Positions 18,827 to 28,697 of a stretch of 64,000 bases of DNA are shown piece by piece. Below the pieces are notes generated by a model. The model worked only from the letters and a program-made list of their open reading frames with translations, had not been told where the DNA came from and ran no database searches. Source of the DNA: Gammaproteobacteria bacterium. Lineage in GTDB: Bacteria > Pseudomonadota > Gammaproteobacteria > UBA4575. The position numbers and the translations under genes were made by a program. Within the stretch, counting starts at the first letter, position 1; each line of letters starts with the position of its first letter. Location: positions 896,001 to 960,000 of the forward strand of contig CBDCUI010000008.1 in the NCBI GenBank assembly GCA_965222615.1, read 5' to 3'.

Positions 18827-19903
18827 TTAATTATCTTGTACTTGTAGAATTTCTTGAAGTTTCAATTCGTTAGCTTTTTTAGCTGCATAGTTAGTATGAG
18901 CGGATTTTAAAGTGTTTAACTGTCGTTGTGATATTTCGATTGGAAAGCTTTGTTTATATTCCTTAGCAAATCTTTCTAAGGATCGTTTTGTTTTAGAACC
19001 ATATAAACCATCTGCAGGGCCTGGATTATAACCAAGTTTACTTAGATACAGTTGTATATCTTCGACCAGCTGAGTAGGTACTAATACAGAGGTCTTGGTT
19101 CTTAATACAGCAGCTATATAATCGTGTCCAGAATCAACAGCGATCTTTAAGGCGGTTTCATTGTCAACAGATTTAAGATCAGCATTAGCGCCTAAATCTA
19201 GTAGAGCCCCGACCGTACTTAAATTACCTAGCTCTGAAGCTAACATTAATGCTGTCTTGTCGTCATTAAATCGATAGTCGACATCTATGCCTGCAGAAGA
19301 AACAAGGTTTGCAACTAAAGTAGTATTATTATTAACAACGGCGTTAAAGAATTTGATATGTACATCTTCCTCTTTAACTTCACTTTCTTTTTCATCTTCA
19401 GGACTTGGTGTTGTTATTTGTTTTGCCTCTTGTTCGGTAACTTCTTTAGGAATAGTTTCAGTCGTGCTACTTTTTGCAGCAGCCAGTGTTTGCAAAGATT
19501 CAGTCTGTCTTAAATGATCAATTCCAGTACCATGTTTATATAGCTTTGCTAGTTTTCTAGCGTTTGCGAATTCCTCTTTGTTTAGTTGCTTTTCAATTCG
19601 CTTTCTTTGTTGAATAGCTTCTTCTAAGCCTGCTGCAGAGGCCAAATTGTAATAAACGTGGGACAATGTAAGATCTTTCTCTATCCCTAAGCCGTTTTCA
19701 TACAATGCGCCAATGTATAACAGTGATTCTGCGTTTCCATCCACTGCTAATGGATAGTGACGATTAAAAAATGCGGCATAGTCATCGATGTCAGCAGGCA
19801 GAATTGCACTGACTGCTGCTACAGTGTAAGTAAATACTGAAACGGATAAAACGCAGAGCATAAATGCATATTTAACTAACCGTTGCATGTCTTTAATCAT
19901 CAA
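18827..19903 (-). CDS. Secreted protein with Sel1, ankyrin and peptidoglycan-binding domains
   Basis: IGALYENGLGIEKD (Sel1); TALMLASELGN..V..LL..GA and TALKIAV..GH (ankyrin); IQ.YL..LGYNPGPADGLYG.KT (PG-binding). Confidence 0.82.
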   Translation of the reverse strand: MMIKDMQRLVKYAFMLCVLSVSVFTYTVAAVSAILPADIDDYAAFFNRHYPLAVDGNAESLLYIGALYENGLGIEKDLTLSHVYYNLASAAGLEEAIQQRKRIEKQLNKEEFANARKLAKLYKHGTGIDHLRQTESLQTLAAAKSSTTETIPKEVTEQEAKQITTPSPEDEKESEVKEEDVHIKFFNAVVNNNTTLVANLVSSAGIDVDYRFNDDKTALMLASELGNLSTVGALLDLGANADLKSVDNETALKIAVDSGHDYIAAVLRTKTSVLVPTQLVEDIQLYLSKLGYNPGPADGLYGSKTKRSLERFAKEYKQSFPIEISQRQLNTLKSAHTNYAAKKANELKLQEILQVQDN

Positions 19904-20492
19904 ACAAATACAATAATATGTTATATTTTAGTTGGTTATGAGCGATAATATACATTTTTCAGTAATAAATTGAGATATCGTTCAAACTACGGTAGATAAA
20001 TGTCGAAGCCGCAATCAAATCTGACTTCATCTAGAAAAATACCATTGTCAATTGATGGTATATCAACATCCCCGCTTTAGCCAATGACCAACAACCAATA
20101 ATTATTTGTAATTATATCCTGCAAAAGGATCATACATTTAAAGTGATTTATCTCAACAATCAATTGGGATATTTAGATGATAAATCAGTCAATTTAAAGT
20201 GACTCATATATGAAATAGTAAATCTGTAGGCCATGTTTCATAGTTATATATGAGCCTCCTATAATCGTAGGTAGCTATTGGTTTCGAGACCTTTCAAAGT
20301 GTCCCGGTGAAAAGAATGGGTAAATAGGTTGGCAAGACAAACTCATTATTGTCTAAAGAAGTATTAGCTGGGCCGTAGTTTCAGTGTTAGGTTTAATCCT
20401 GCTAGATAAAGCAAATTTATGCGTGTACTTACTATATTGAACATCGTGTCATTAAATGTAGAGTGTATATTACGAAACTTTAACTGATAATA

Positions 20493-20885
20493 ATGAAAGT
20501 CTTTTTATATGTAGTAGTACTTAGCATGTTGCAATGGGGATGTGCTACTGCTGAGCTATCAAATCAGTATGAAAGTAAGATCGTACATGTCGTTTTAATT
20601 TGGTTACAAGAGCCTGGTAATGGTCAACATATCGATAAAGTAATAAAAATGACTCGAAATTTGAAAGTGATTCCAGAGGTCCAGGAAATTCGAGTTGGTA
20701 AGGTTATTTTAAGTGAAAGACAAATTGTAGATGATAGTTTTGATGTCGGTTTATATATGGTTTTCAACAGTAGCAAAGAGTTAGAACGCTACTTGGTGCA
20801 CCCAATGCATGTAGAAGCTGTACGGTCTGCATTACGTCCACTTGCCAGTAAGATAGTGGTTTATGACTTTAAGGAAACCAGCTGA
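20493..20885 (+). CDS. Dabb (stress-responsive A/B barrel) family protein, possible lipoprotein
   Basis: IVHVVLIW, FDVGL.M.F...EL..Y..HP.H, V.DF; signal peptide ending in Cys. Confidence 0.75.
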   Translation: MKVFLYVVVLSMLQWGCATAELSNQYESKIVHVVLIWLQEPGNGQHIDKVIKMTRNLKVIPEVQEIRVGKVILSERQIVDDSFDVGLYMVFNSSKELERYLVHPMHVEAVRSALRPLASKIVVYDFKETS

Positions 20886-20933
20886 AATAGTTTAACTTAT
20901 CTTGATAAATTTGAGGTTATTAAAAAATACTTC

Positions 20934-20971
20934 TGCAATATTGCAGTGCATCAGGGCACTAAAAAAATGCA
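20934..20971. promoter_or_regulatory. Tandem NtrC-like boxes upstream of urtA
   Basis: TGCAATATTGCAGTGCA (20934-20950) and GGCACTAAAAAAATGCA (20955-20971), 17-bp matches to TGCAC-N7-GTGCA, 21 bp apart start-to-start. Confidence 0.65.
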
Positions 20972-21069
20972 ATGAGCAGTTAATACATTGAAATTCAACT
21001 TAGCTAATTGATTATAAGTTTTCTGCAACTTATTAATAATTAAAATAAAATTCCTCCTGATTAACCACT

Positions 21070-21085
21070 TGGCACACATGATGCA
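21070..21085 (+). promoter_or_regulatory. sigma54 promoter of the urt operon
   Basis: TGGCACACATGATGCA with GG-N10-GC spacing, about 100 bp downstream of the NtrC-like boxes. Confidence 0.75.
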
Positions 21086-21208
21086 TTCGCATAGCGCAAC
21101 TGCACATTTATATATGCATGAGACTGCTCAATAAAGCATAAGCAGCACTTACTAAAGTGTGACTCTATATTGAGTAAAGTTTTAATTATTTTATCTCAGG
21201 AGTTGAAA

Positions 21209-22498
21209 ATGAAAATAAAATGTTATGTTAATAAAGTCACTTTTGTGGCGCTATGTATGCTTCTGTTGCCACAGCTAAGTGTTGCAGAGGATAAAATCAA
21301 AGTCGGAGTCTTGCATTCACTATCAGGAACCATGGCTATTAGTGAAACTACTCTGAAAGACACTGTTCTCATGATGGTTGAGGAGCAAAATAAAGCCGGG
21401 GGCTTGCTTGGGAAGGAGCTAGAGGCAGTAGTAGTAGATCCAGCTTCAGATTGGCCTTTATTTGCTGAGAAGATGCGCGAATTAATTGAAGTACATAAAG
21501 TAGATGTTGTATTTGGATGTTGGACTTCAGTTTCTCGTAAATCTGTATTGCCAGTCATAGAAGAGTTAAATGGCTTATTATTTTACCCTGTACAGTATGA
21601 AGGCGAAGAGTCTTCAAAGAATGTGTTTTATACAGGTGCGGCGCCAAACCAACAGGCCATCCCTGCTGTGGACTACTTAATGAATGAAGTAGGTGCAAAG
21701 CGCTGGGTGTTAGCTGGAACAGATTATGTATATCCACGAACTACAAACAAAATTCTTGAGTCATATTTAAAACAAAAAGGTGTAGCTGAAGAAGATATCA
21801 TGATTAACTACACTCCATTCGGGCATTCAGATTGGCAAACAATTGTCTCTGATATCAAGGCATTTGGATCAGCAGGAAAGAAAACTGCAGTCGTTTCTAC
21901 CATTAACGGCGATGCCAACATTCCTTTTTATAAAGAGCTTGGTAACCAGGGCTTGTCTGCAGAAGATATTCCGGTTGTGGCATTCTCTGTAGGTGAAGAA
22001 GAGCTTTCAGGAATTGATACAGCACCACTGGTAGGGCATCTAGCAGCTTGGAATTATTTCATGAGTTCAGAATCAGATGACAATGATGAGTTTATTGAGG
22101 CGTGGCACAGTTTTATTAAGGATGAAGATCGTGTGACCAACGACCCAATGGAAGCAACCTATATTGGTTTTAAAATGTGGGCTAAAGCGGTTGAGAAAGC
22201 TGAAACTACAGATATGGATAGTGTACGACCTGCCATGTATGGAATTGAAGTACCTAATCTTACTGGCGGGACCGCAATAATGAATACCAATCATCATCTT
22301 TCTAAGCCAGTGCTTATCGGGGAAATCCAAGATGATGGACAATTTGAAATCGTCTGGTCAACGGATGGAGAAATAAAAGGTGATGCATGGACTGATTGGT
22401 TGCCTGATAGCAAAGTCATAGTTGCTGATTGGACAGACCCCATTAGTTGCGGCAATTTCAACACAGAAACTAAAAAATGTTCAGGGCAAAATTACTAA
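21209..22498 (+). CDS. urtA: Urea ABC transporter substrate-binding protein UrtA
   Basis: IKVGVLHSLSGTMAISE, DPASDWPLFAEK, FGCWTSVSRKSVLP; AGGAG RBS before ATG 21209. Confidence 0.95.
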   Translation: MKIKCYVNKVTFVALCMLLLPQLSVAEDKIKVGVLHSLSGTMAISETTLKDTVLMMVEEQNKAGGLLGKELEAVVVDPASDWPLFAEKMRELIEVHKVDVVFGCWTSVSRKSVLPVIEELNGLLFYPVQYEGEESSKNVFYTGAAPNQQAIPAVDYLMNEVGAKRWVLAGTDYVYPRTTNKILESYLKQKGVAEEDIMINYTPFGHSDWQTIVSDIKAFGSAGKKTAVVSTINGDANIPFYKELGNQGLSAEDIPVVAFSVGEEELSGIDTAPLVGHLAAWNYFMSSESDDNDEFIEAWHSFIKDEDRVTNDPMEATYIGFKMWAKAVEKAETTDMDSVRPAMYGIEVPNLTGGTAIMNTNHHLSKPVLIGEIQDDGQFEIVWSTDGEIKGDAWTDWLPDSKVIVADWTDPISCGNFNTETKKCSGQNY

Positions 22499-22542
22499 TT
22501 GTCCTTCGATTACACATAGTTTCTTTCTAAATCTTAAATATT

Positions 22543-22573
22543 CTAGCCACTCTCGATTATCGAGAGTGGCTAG
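22543..22573. other. Perfect palindrome/hairpin after urtA (mRNA stabiliser or partial terminator)
   Basis: CTAGCCACTCTCGAT-T-ATCGAGAGTGGCTAG. Confidence 0.7.
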
Positions 22574-22604
22574 TCTCAATTAAATTTAGTTATCTTAAGT
22601 TATT

Positions 22605-24236
22605 ATGAAATATTTAGCTGCGATATCTATATTTGTTTGCTTGATATTAAACAGCCTTCATGCAGCAGACAAAACCGATCCCATTCAAAGTAGCTTTGCA
22701 TTACTTTCTTCAAAGAGCTTTGATGACAAAATATCCGCTATTAATTCAATAGCGAATTCAGGCCATCCTGCTGCAGCTGATATTCTTACGAAAATTTTAG
22801 AAAGTAATCTCTTTTATGATAAGAAAAGTAAAGAAATTATCATTGTTTCTAAAAGCACCTCAAAAAAATTTGATTTATATAAGCCAATAACAAAAGATCA
22901 ATTAGGTTCAAAGACAAAAAAAGAACTTCGGAAACAATATAAAAAAGTAAGCATCAATAATAAGATTAGAAGACTGCTCAATGAGAAAATTGCAACATTA
23001 ACTATTTATAGCGAAGACAAAAAAACTCGTCTTGAAGCTACTAGAAATATTCTAAAAAATATTAATCCGTCTTCTGTAGAAATATTGCGTGATGCTATAC
23101 AACAAGAAAGTGATAATGAAGTAAAAGAGTTGATGAATGTTTGTATCGCAGCAGCGGAAGCTAAGTCAAATGATCCAGAAATTCAACTTAGGGCAATTAA
23201 TAGTTTGTCTGGAGCTTTGTACCCAGAAATTCGAGTGTTACTCGAGGGATTAAAAGCTGATTATACAGATAATTCTGAAATAGATAGTAGATTATTATCT
23301 GCAGTAAATTCTGCTTTAGATAAAATAAATTTAAAAGTTAGTTTTTATGAGCAAATCGAGAATGTATTTTTTGGACTTAGTTTAGGTTCCGTATTATTAC
23401 TTGCAGCGGTTGGATTGGCGATAACATTTGGTGTAATGGGCGTAATCAACATGGCACATGGTGAAATGCTTATGTTAGGTGCATACACAACTTTTGTTGT
23501 ACAGCAACTTATGCCAAATATGATTGAGTACTCGCTGTTGTTGGCGATACCTATGGCATTCATAGTAACTGGATTGATTGGTATAGGTATTGAGCGTGGA
23601 ATAATACGTTTTTTATATGGACGACCATTAGAGACTCTTTTAGCCACTTTTGGACTAAGTCTTATCTTACAACAGTCAGTGCGATCAATTTTTTCGCCAT
23701 TAAACCGGTCTGTGATTACACCTGAATGGATGAGTGGGTCTTATGAGTTTAATCCAGCTTTATCACTTACTTATAACAGAATGTACATCATTGTTTTTGC
23801 GTTGTTGGTGTTGTTTGGTTTGCTGCTGTTATTAAAAAAAACCACTTTTGGTTTGCACATGAGAGCAGTTACCCAGAATCGAAATATGGCAAAGGCGATG
23901 GGAATACGCACGAATTGGGTAGACTCTTTAACATTTGGCTTAGGGTCAGGTATTGCTGGTATTGGTGGAGTAGCTTTAAGTCAACTCACTAATGTGGGGC
24001 CAAACCTTGGTCAATCTTATATTGTAGATTCCTTCATGGTGGTTGTTTTTGGTGGTGTAGGAAATTTATGGGGGACTTTTATTGGTGCGATGACATTAGG
24101 TATTGCTAATAAGTTTATGGAACCATTTACCGGTGCCGTATTTGCCAAAATACTTGTGTTGATTTTCATTATTTTATTCATACAAAAATATCCACGGGGC
24201 ATGTTTGCCCTTAAAAGTAGAGATGTGAAAACCTAG
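22605..24236 (+). CDS. urtB: Urea ABC permease UrtB (with N-terminal periplasmic domain)
   Basis: GLAITFGVMGVINMAHGE, YGRPLETLLATFG. Confidence 0.95.
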   Translation: MKYLAAISIFVCLILNSLHAADKTDPIQSSFALLSSKSFDDKISAINSIANSGHPAAADILTKILESNLFYDKKSKEIIIVSKSTSKKFDLYKPITKDQLGSKTKKELRKQYKKVSINNKIRRLLNEKIATLTIYSEDKKTRLEATRNILKNINPSSVEILRDAIQQESDNEVKELMNVCIAAAEAKSNDPEIQLRAINSLSGALYPEIRVLLEGLKADYTDNSEIDSRLLSAVNSALDKINLKVSFYEQIENVFFGLSLGSVLLLAAVGLAITFGVMGVINMAHGEMLMLGAYTTFVVQQLMPNMIEYSLLLAIPMAFIVTGLIGIGIERGIIRFLYGRPLETLLATFGLSLILQQSVRSIFSPLNRSVITPEWMSGSYEFNPALSLTYNRMYIIVFALLVLFGLLLLLKKTTFGLHMRAVTQNRNMAKAMGIRTNWVDSLTFGLGSGIAGIGGVALSQLTNVGPNLGQSYIVDSFMVVVFGGVGNLWGTFIGAMTLGIANKFMEPFTGAVFAKILVLIFIILFIQKYPRGMFALKSRDVKT

Positions 24237-24238
24237 CG

Positions 24239-25387
24239 ATGAAATATAAGCCATTAATTTTTCGACTGTTAGAACGAGATAAAGGCGGTAAGTACTTCCT
24301 GGCAATTTTGCTTTTTTTAATGGTGTTGGTACCTGTTTGTAATTTGCTGGTTCCCGAATCCTCCACCTTTCATGTTTCTACCTATGTTGTAACATTAATA
24401 GGTAAATATTTGACTTATGCGTTATTGACAATTTCATTAGATTTGGTTTGGGGATATTTAGGAATTTTAAGTTTGGGTCATGGTGCATTCTTTGGTTTAG
24501 GAGGCTATGCCATGGGCATGTACCTAATGCGACAAATAGGTGAGCGCGGTGTTTATGGACATCCTGTTTTACCTGATTTTATGGTGTTTTTAAATTGGAA
24601 AGAGCTGCCATGGTTTTGGTATGGATTTGATCAATTTTGGTTTGCAATGTTGATGGTGGTAGTAGTACCGGGTTTACTGGCATTTGTATTTGGGTGGTTA
24701 GCATTTCGTTCACGTGTTACTGGTGTGTATTTATCTATTATGACGCAAGCATTAACGTATGCATTGATGCTGGCTTTTTTTCGAAATAATTTTGGCTTTG
24801 GTGGTAATAATGGTCTAACTGATTTTAAAGATATTTTAGGTTTTGATTTGCAGGCCGATTTGACACGAAATGTTTTATTTGTGTGTTCCGTACTTGCGCT
24901 ACTAATTGGATACTTCATTTGTAGATTTATTGCACAGTCACGCTTAGGAAGCTTAGTGACTGCAATCCGAGATTCAGAGGGTCGTGTCAGAGCATTAGGC
25001 TATCGAGATGAGTATATTAAATTATTTGTTTTTGTTGTCTCTGCAATGCTAGCAGGAGTAGCGGGGGCGTTATATGTGCCACAAGTGGGAATTATCAATC
25101 CAGGTGAATTTGCTCCGATAAACTCAATTGAACTTGTAATTTGGGTGGCAATGGGTGGCCGCGGCACACTTTATGGAGCTGCTTTAGGTGCTGTTGTTGT
25201 TAATTTTGCTAAAACTTATTTTACTGCGGCAGCACCAGAAGTATGGTTGTTTATGCTTGGTGGCTTATTTGTAGTGGTTACATTATTTTTACCTCAAGGC
25301 ATTATTGGAGCAATTAAAAAAATACCTATGCTAAATACTCAATCTCGAGATTCTACATTATCAAAATTGGAAACCAATAATGAGTGA
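24239..25387 (+). CDS. urtC: Urea ABC permease UrtC
   Basis: DLVWGY.GILSLGHG, RSRV.GVYLSI.TQA, GFGGNNGLTDF. Confidence 0.95.
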   Translation: MKYKPLIFRLLERDKGGKYFLAILLFLMVLVPVCNLLVPESSTFHVSTYVVTLIGKYLTYALLTISLDLVWGYLGILSLGHGAFFGLGGYAMGMYLMRQIGERGVYGHPVLPDFMVFLNWKELPWFWYGFDQFWFAMLMVVVVPGLLAFVFGWLAFRSRVTGVYLSIMTQALTYALMLAFFRNNFGFGGNNGLTDFKDILGFDLQADLTRNVLFVCSVLALLIGYFICRFIAQSRLGSLVTAIRDSEGRVRALGYRDEYIKLFVFVVSAMLAGVAGALYVPQVGIINPGEFAPINSIELVIWVAMGGRGTLYGAALGAVVVNFAKTYFTAAAPEVWLFMLGGLFVVVTLFLPQGIIGAIKKIPMLNTQSRDSTLSKLETNNE

Positions 25388-26162
25388 TGCACAAGTTAGC
25401 AGCGCAACGTTTACGCACGTCCCTGATGAGAGTATCTTGTATTTGGATGGTGTGTCAGTAAGTTTTGATGGTTTTAAAGCAATAAATAATTTGAGTTTGT
25501 ATGTAAATAAAAACGAACTACGTAGCATCATTGGACCAAATGGTGCTGGTAAAACCACTATGATGGATATTATTACCGGCAAAACACGACCTGATGAAGG
25601 TAAGGTGATCTTTGATGATATGACGGACTTAACTTCAATCAATGAAGCGGAAATTGCTAATCTTGGTATTGGTAGAAAATTTCAAAAGCCAACTGTTTTT
25701 GAAAATCATACTGTTTATGAAAATTTAAAACTTGCGCTCGAAGGCCGTCGCAAAGTATTTGAAAATTTATTTTTTAAATTGGCTAGTGAAGACGAAGATA
25801 AAATTTATGAAGTTCTTAAGACGATCGCACTAGAAGAACACAGTCCTCGTGACGCAGGGGAGCTCTCGCATGGGCAGAAACAATGGTTAGAGATAGGTAT
25901 GCTGCTAATGCAAAATCCTAAGCTTTTATTGGTTGATGAACCGGTTGCAGGAATGACCAAACAAGAATCTGAACATACAGCTGAGTTGCTTATATCACTT
26001 GCTGAAAAACACTCAGTAGTTGTTGTGGAACATGATATGGAATTTGTTCGATCACTTGCTAACCGTGTAACTGTTTTGCACCAGGGTAGTGTTTTAGCAG
26101 AAGGATCGATGGAAAGTGTTCAAAATGATCCTAAAGTAATTGAAGTCTATCTTGGAGAATGA
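25380..26162 (+). CDS. urtD: Urea ABC ATPase UrtD
   Basis: GPNGAGKTT, GRKFQKP, LSHGQKQWLEIGM. Confidence 0.95.
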   Translation: MSDAQVSSATFTHVPDESILYLDGVSVSFDGFKAINNLSLYVNKNELRSIIGPNGAGKTTMMDIITGKTRPDEGKVIFDDMTDLTSINEAEIANLGIGRKFQKPTVFENHTVYENLKLALEGRRKVFENLFFKLASEDEDKIYEVLKTIALEEHSPRDAGELSHGQKQWLEIGMLLMQNPKLLLVDEPVAGMTKQESEHTAELLISLAEKHSVVVVEHDMEFVRSLANRVTVLHQGSVLAEGSMESVQNDPKVIEVYLGE

Positions 26163-26177
26163 TGAGGCAGTTGTTCT

Positions 26178-26873
26178 ATGATGATAATCAATAATCTAGA
26201 TCATTATTATGGTGAAAGCCATACACTTTGGAACATCTGTCTAGAAATAGATAAAGGTGTATGTATGTGCCTCATGGGAAGAAATGGTGTCGGTAAAACG
26301 ACATTATTAAAGTGTATTATGGGATTAGAATCGGCAAGCAATGGTGAGATTAATTTTAATGGGATTGATTTTTTTAAAAAGGCTGCTGAGCAAAGAGCTA
26401 GGCATCGAATTGGTTATGTTCCACAAGGTAGAGAAATTTTTTCTCAGCTTACGGTTGAAGAAAACCTTATAACAGGTTTGAAATCTCGTGCTGATAAGAA
26501 AAAAAAATTACCTGACTTTATTTATGAGCTGTTTCCTGTTTTAAAAGACATGCTAAATCGCAGAGGTGGAGATTTGTCTGGAGGCCAACAACAACAGTTG
26601 GCAATAGGACGCGCACTTGCGATTGAACCTGAATTGCTGATTTTGGATGAGCCAACTGAAGGCATTCAACCCAATATTGTCTCTGAAATTGCCGATATCA
26701 TTAAAAAGCTGAATCAAGAGCTTGGGCTCACTGTATTACTGGTGGAACAAAAACTTTCTTTTGCAAAAAAAGTAGCCAGTAACTTTGGTATTATGGAAAA
26801 AGGTAGAATGGTCGCTGAAGGCGGTATTGCTTCGTTAAGCGAAGATTTGATCGATCGGTATTTAAAAGTTTAG
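26178..26873 (+). CDS. urtE: Urea ABC ATPase UrtE
   Basis: GRNGVGKTT, YVPQGREIF, LSGGQQQQLAI, DEPTEGIQP. Confidence 0.95.
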   Translation: MMIINNLDHYYGESHTLWNICLEIDKGVCMCLMGRNGVGKTTLLKCIMGLESASNGEINFNGIDFFKKAAEQRARHRIGYVPQGREIFSQLTVEENLITGLKSRADKKKKLPDFIYELFPVLKDMLNRRGGDLSGGQQQQLAIGRALAIEPELLILDEPTEGIQPNIVSEIADIIKKLNQELGLTVLLVEQKLSFAKKVASNFGIMEKGRMVAEGGIASLSEDLIDRYLKV

Positions 26874-27139
26874 CCTATAGAAAATAATTATTGAGGGCAA
26901 CAATAAAAACTATAAGAAAAGTAAAAAGTTTTATTTGTGTGTTGCTTTAGTTATATATAACTTCTTTGAGTGTTACTGTTTACGTAAGGGCATAATGCTT
27001 TAAAAGTTTCGGAGTTTTTGCATCATAAGCAGTACTATGTGATGTTAAGTTAACGCTTAATAATATTTTTATTATGCTTGAGTGTAATTGCACATTAGCA
27101 ATCCAAGTAAAAAAAGATTAATAAACAGCTCAAAATATA

Positions 27140-28018
27140 ATGATTGCAGCCATAGGAAAAAGTGACCTGGAAGGAATAGATCTTGTAGCCACTGGCGCAC
27201 ATTGGAACGCCGATTTGCGTTTAGGGCTGACGCTAAAAAATAGTAAAACTATACTCAGCGAACGCAGACATAAAGGCCCGCTAACTATACAAAGACCATT
27301 TTATCCGGAAAAAAACGATACATGTCATCTCTATATTTTGCATCCACCAGGAGGAATAGTAGGAGGTGACTCGCTCAATGTAGAGCTAGAATGTGGAGTC
27401 GGCACTTCTGCAGTGGTTACCACTCCTGGAGCAAATAAGTTTTATCAATCAGGAGGCGTGTTCGCTAAGCAATCTCAAAATCTCATCGTCAGAAATAACT
27501 CGTGCTTAGAGTGGTTGCCGCAAGAAACAATTCTTTTTAATGGCTGTAAGGTTTTTTCTCACACCAAAGTAGAATTGAATCATAATGCTAAGTTTTTTGG
27601 CTGGGAGGTAGTGAGTTTTGGTCGACCAGCTTGTAATGAGGAATTTACAACAGGGGCATTTAGGCATCACTTTGAAATTTGGCAAGATAAGGCTCCGTTG
27701 TTGATTGATCGAGTAAGCATACAAGATCGTGCTGAAGTCTTCAATTCTGTGTGGGGGCTACGAGAAAAACCCGTTATGGGGTTACTTGCAATTGTCACAA
27801 ATGATTTGAAAGTTTTAGAACTTGCTCAGCAAGAAGTAAGAGTTATGATCGAGAATATAAGTAACTCAAGTGTAAGTATTGTTGGAAAAGTTTTGCTATG
27901 TAGATACTTGCATAGAAATGCAACTACAATTCGCAATACTTTTGTGGAAATCTGGAAAAAAATTCGTTTGTTAACATTAAATAAATCACCGTGTGAGCCA
28001 AGAATTTGGGCTACTTAA
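27140..28018 (+). CDS. ureD: Urease accessory protein UreD
   Basis: GPL.IQRPFYPE, LHPPGGIVGGD, LEWLPQETI, ends PRIWAT. Confidence 0.95.
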   Translation: MIAAIGKSDLEGIDLVATGAHWNADLRLGLTLKNSKTILSERRHKGPLTIQRPFYPEKNDTCHLYILHPPGGIVGGDSLNVELECGVGTSAVVTTPGANKFYQSGGVFAKQSQNLIVRNNSCLEWLPQETILFNGCKVFSHTKVELNHNAKFFGWEVVSFGRPACNEEFTTGAFRHHFEIWQDKAPLLIDRVSIQDRAEVFNSVWGLREKPVMGLLAIVTNDLKVLELAQQEVRVMIENISNSSVSIVGKVLLCRYLHRNATTIRNTFVEIWKKIRLLTLNKSPCEPRIWAT

Positions 28019-28052
28019 TACTTAATAATAAATAATAAAAAAAGGAATCTAT

Positions 28053-28355
28053 ATGGAGCTTTCTCCGCGCGAAAAAGATAAGCTTTTAATATTCGCAGCC
28101 GGGTTGCTTGCGGAAAGAAGAAAACAAAATGGCATTAAATTAAACTACCCTGAAGCTATTGCTTATATTTCATCTGCCATCTTAGAAGGGGCGCGTGCTG
28201 GAAAGAATGTAGCCGAGCTGATGGAATATGGGCGTACACTATTATCACAAGAAGATGTGATGGAAGGCATTGCAGAAATGATTCACGAAGTACAAGTAGA
28301 AGCCACGTTTCCAGACGGCACAAAGCTTGTAACAGTACATAATCCAATTTTGTAA
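28053..28355 (+). CDS. ureA: Urease gamma subunit
   Basis: [11 protein letters not shown]...[14 protein letters not shown]. Confidence 0.98.
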   Translation: MELSPREKDKLLIFAAGLLAERRKQNGIKLNYPEAIAYISSAILEGARAGKNVAELMEYGRTLLSQEDVMEGIAEMIHEVQVEATFPDGTKLVTVHNPIL

Positions 28356-28368
28356 ATGAGGCTTTAGC

Positions 28369-28677
28369 ATGAAACCTGGTGAATTATTGGCTGCAGAGGG
28401 TGAGCTGGAAATTAATGCTGGTCGCAGTACTAGCACAATTACAGTCGCAAACACTGGTGACCGCCCCATACAAGTGGGCTCGCACTATCATTTTTTTGAA
28501 ACCAACTCAGCATTGAAGTTTGACCGTGATGCCGCTAAGGGCAAGCGACTTGATATACCTGCAGGTACTGCAATACGTTTTGAGCCAGGACAAGAGCGCG
28601 ACGTAATACTTATTGATTTAGATGGTAAGAGAGTGGTGTATGGATTTAATGCAAAAGTTTCTGGAAATCTAGATTAA
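28369..28677 (+). CDS. ureB: Urease beta subunit
   Basis: [17 protein letters not shown]...RFEPG. Confidence 0.98.
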   Translation: MKPGELLAAEGELEINAGRSTSTITVANTGDRPIQVGSHYHFFETNSALKFDRDAAKGKRLDIPAGTAIRFEPGQERDVILIDLDGKRVVYGFNAKVSGNLD

Positions 28678-28697
28678 CTAATAGAGAATAATTAACA

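Noticed and set aside
20260-20400. Slightly GC-richer intergenic stretch as a riboswitch (c-di-GMP or cobalamin)
   Set aside because: I could not find the conserved core motifs of either class by eye; an Infernal/Rfam scan would settle it.
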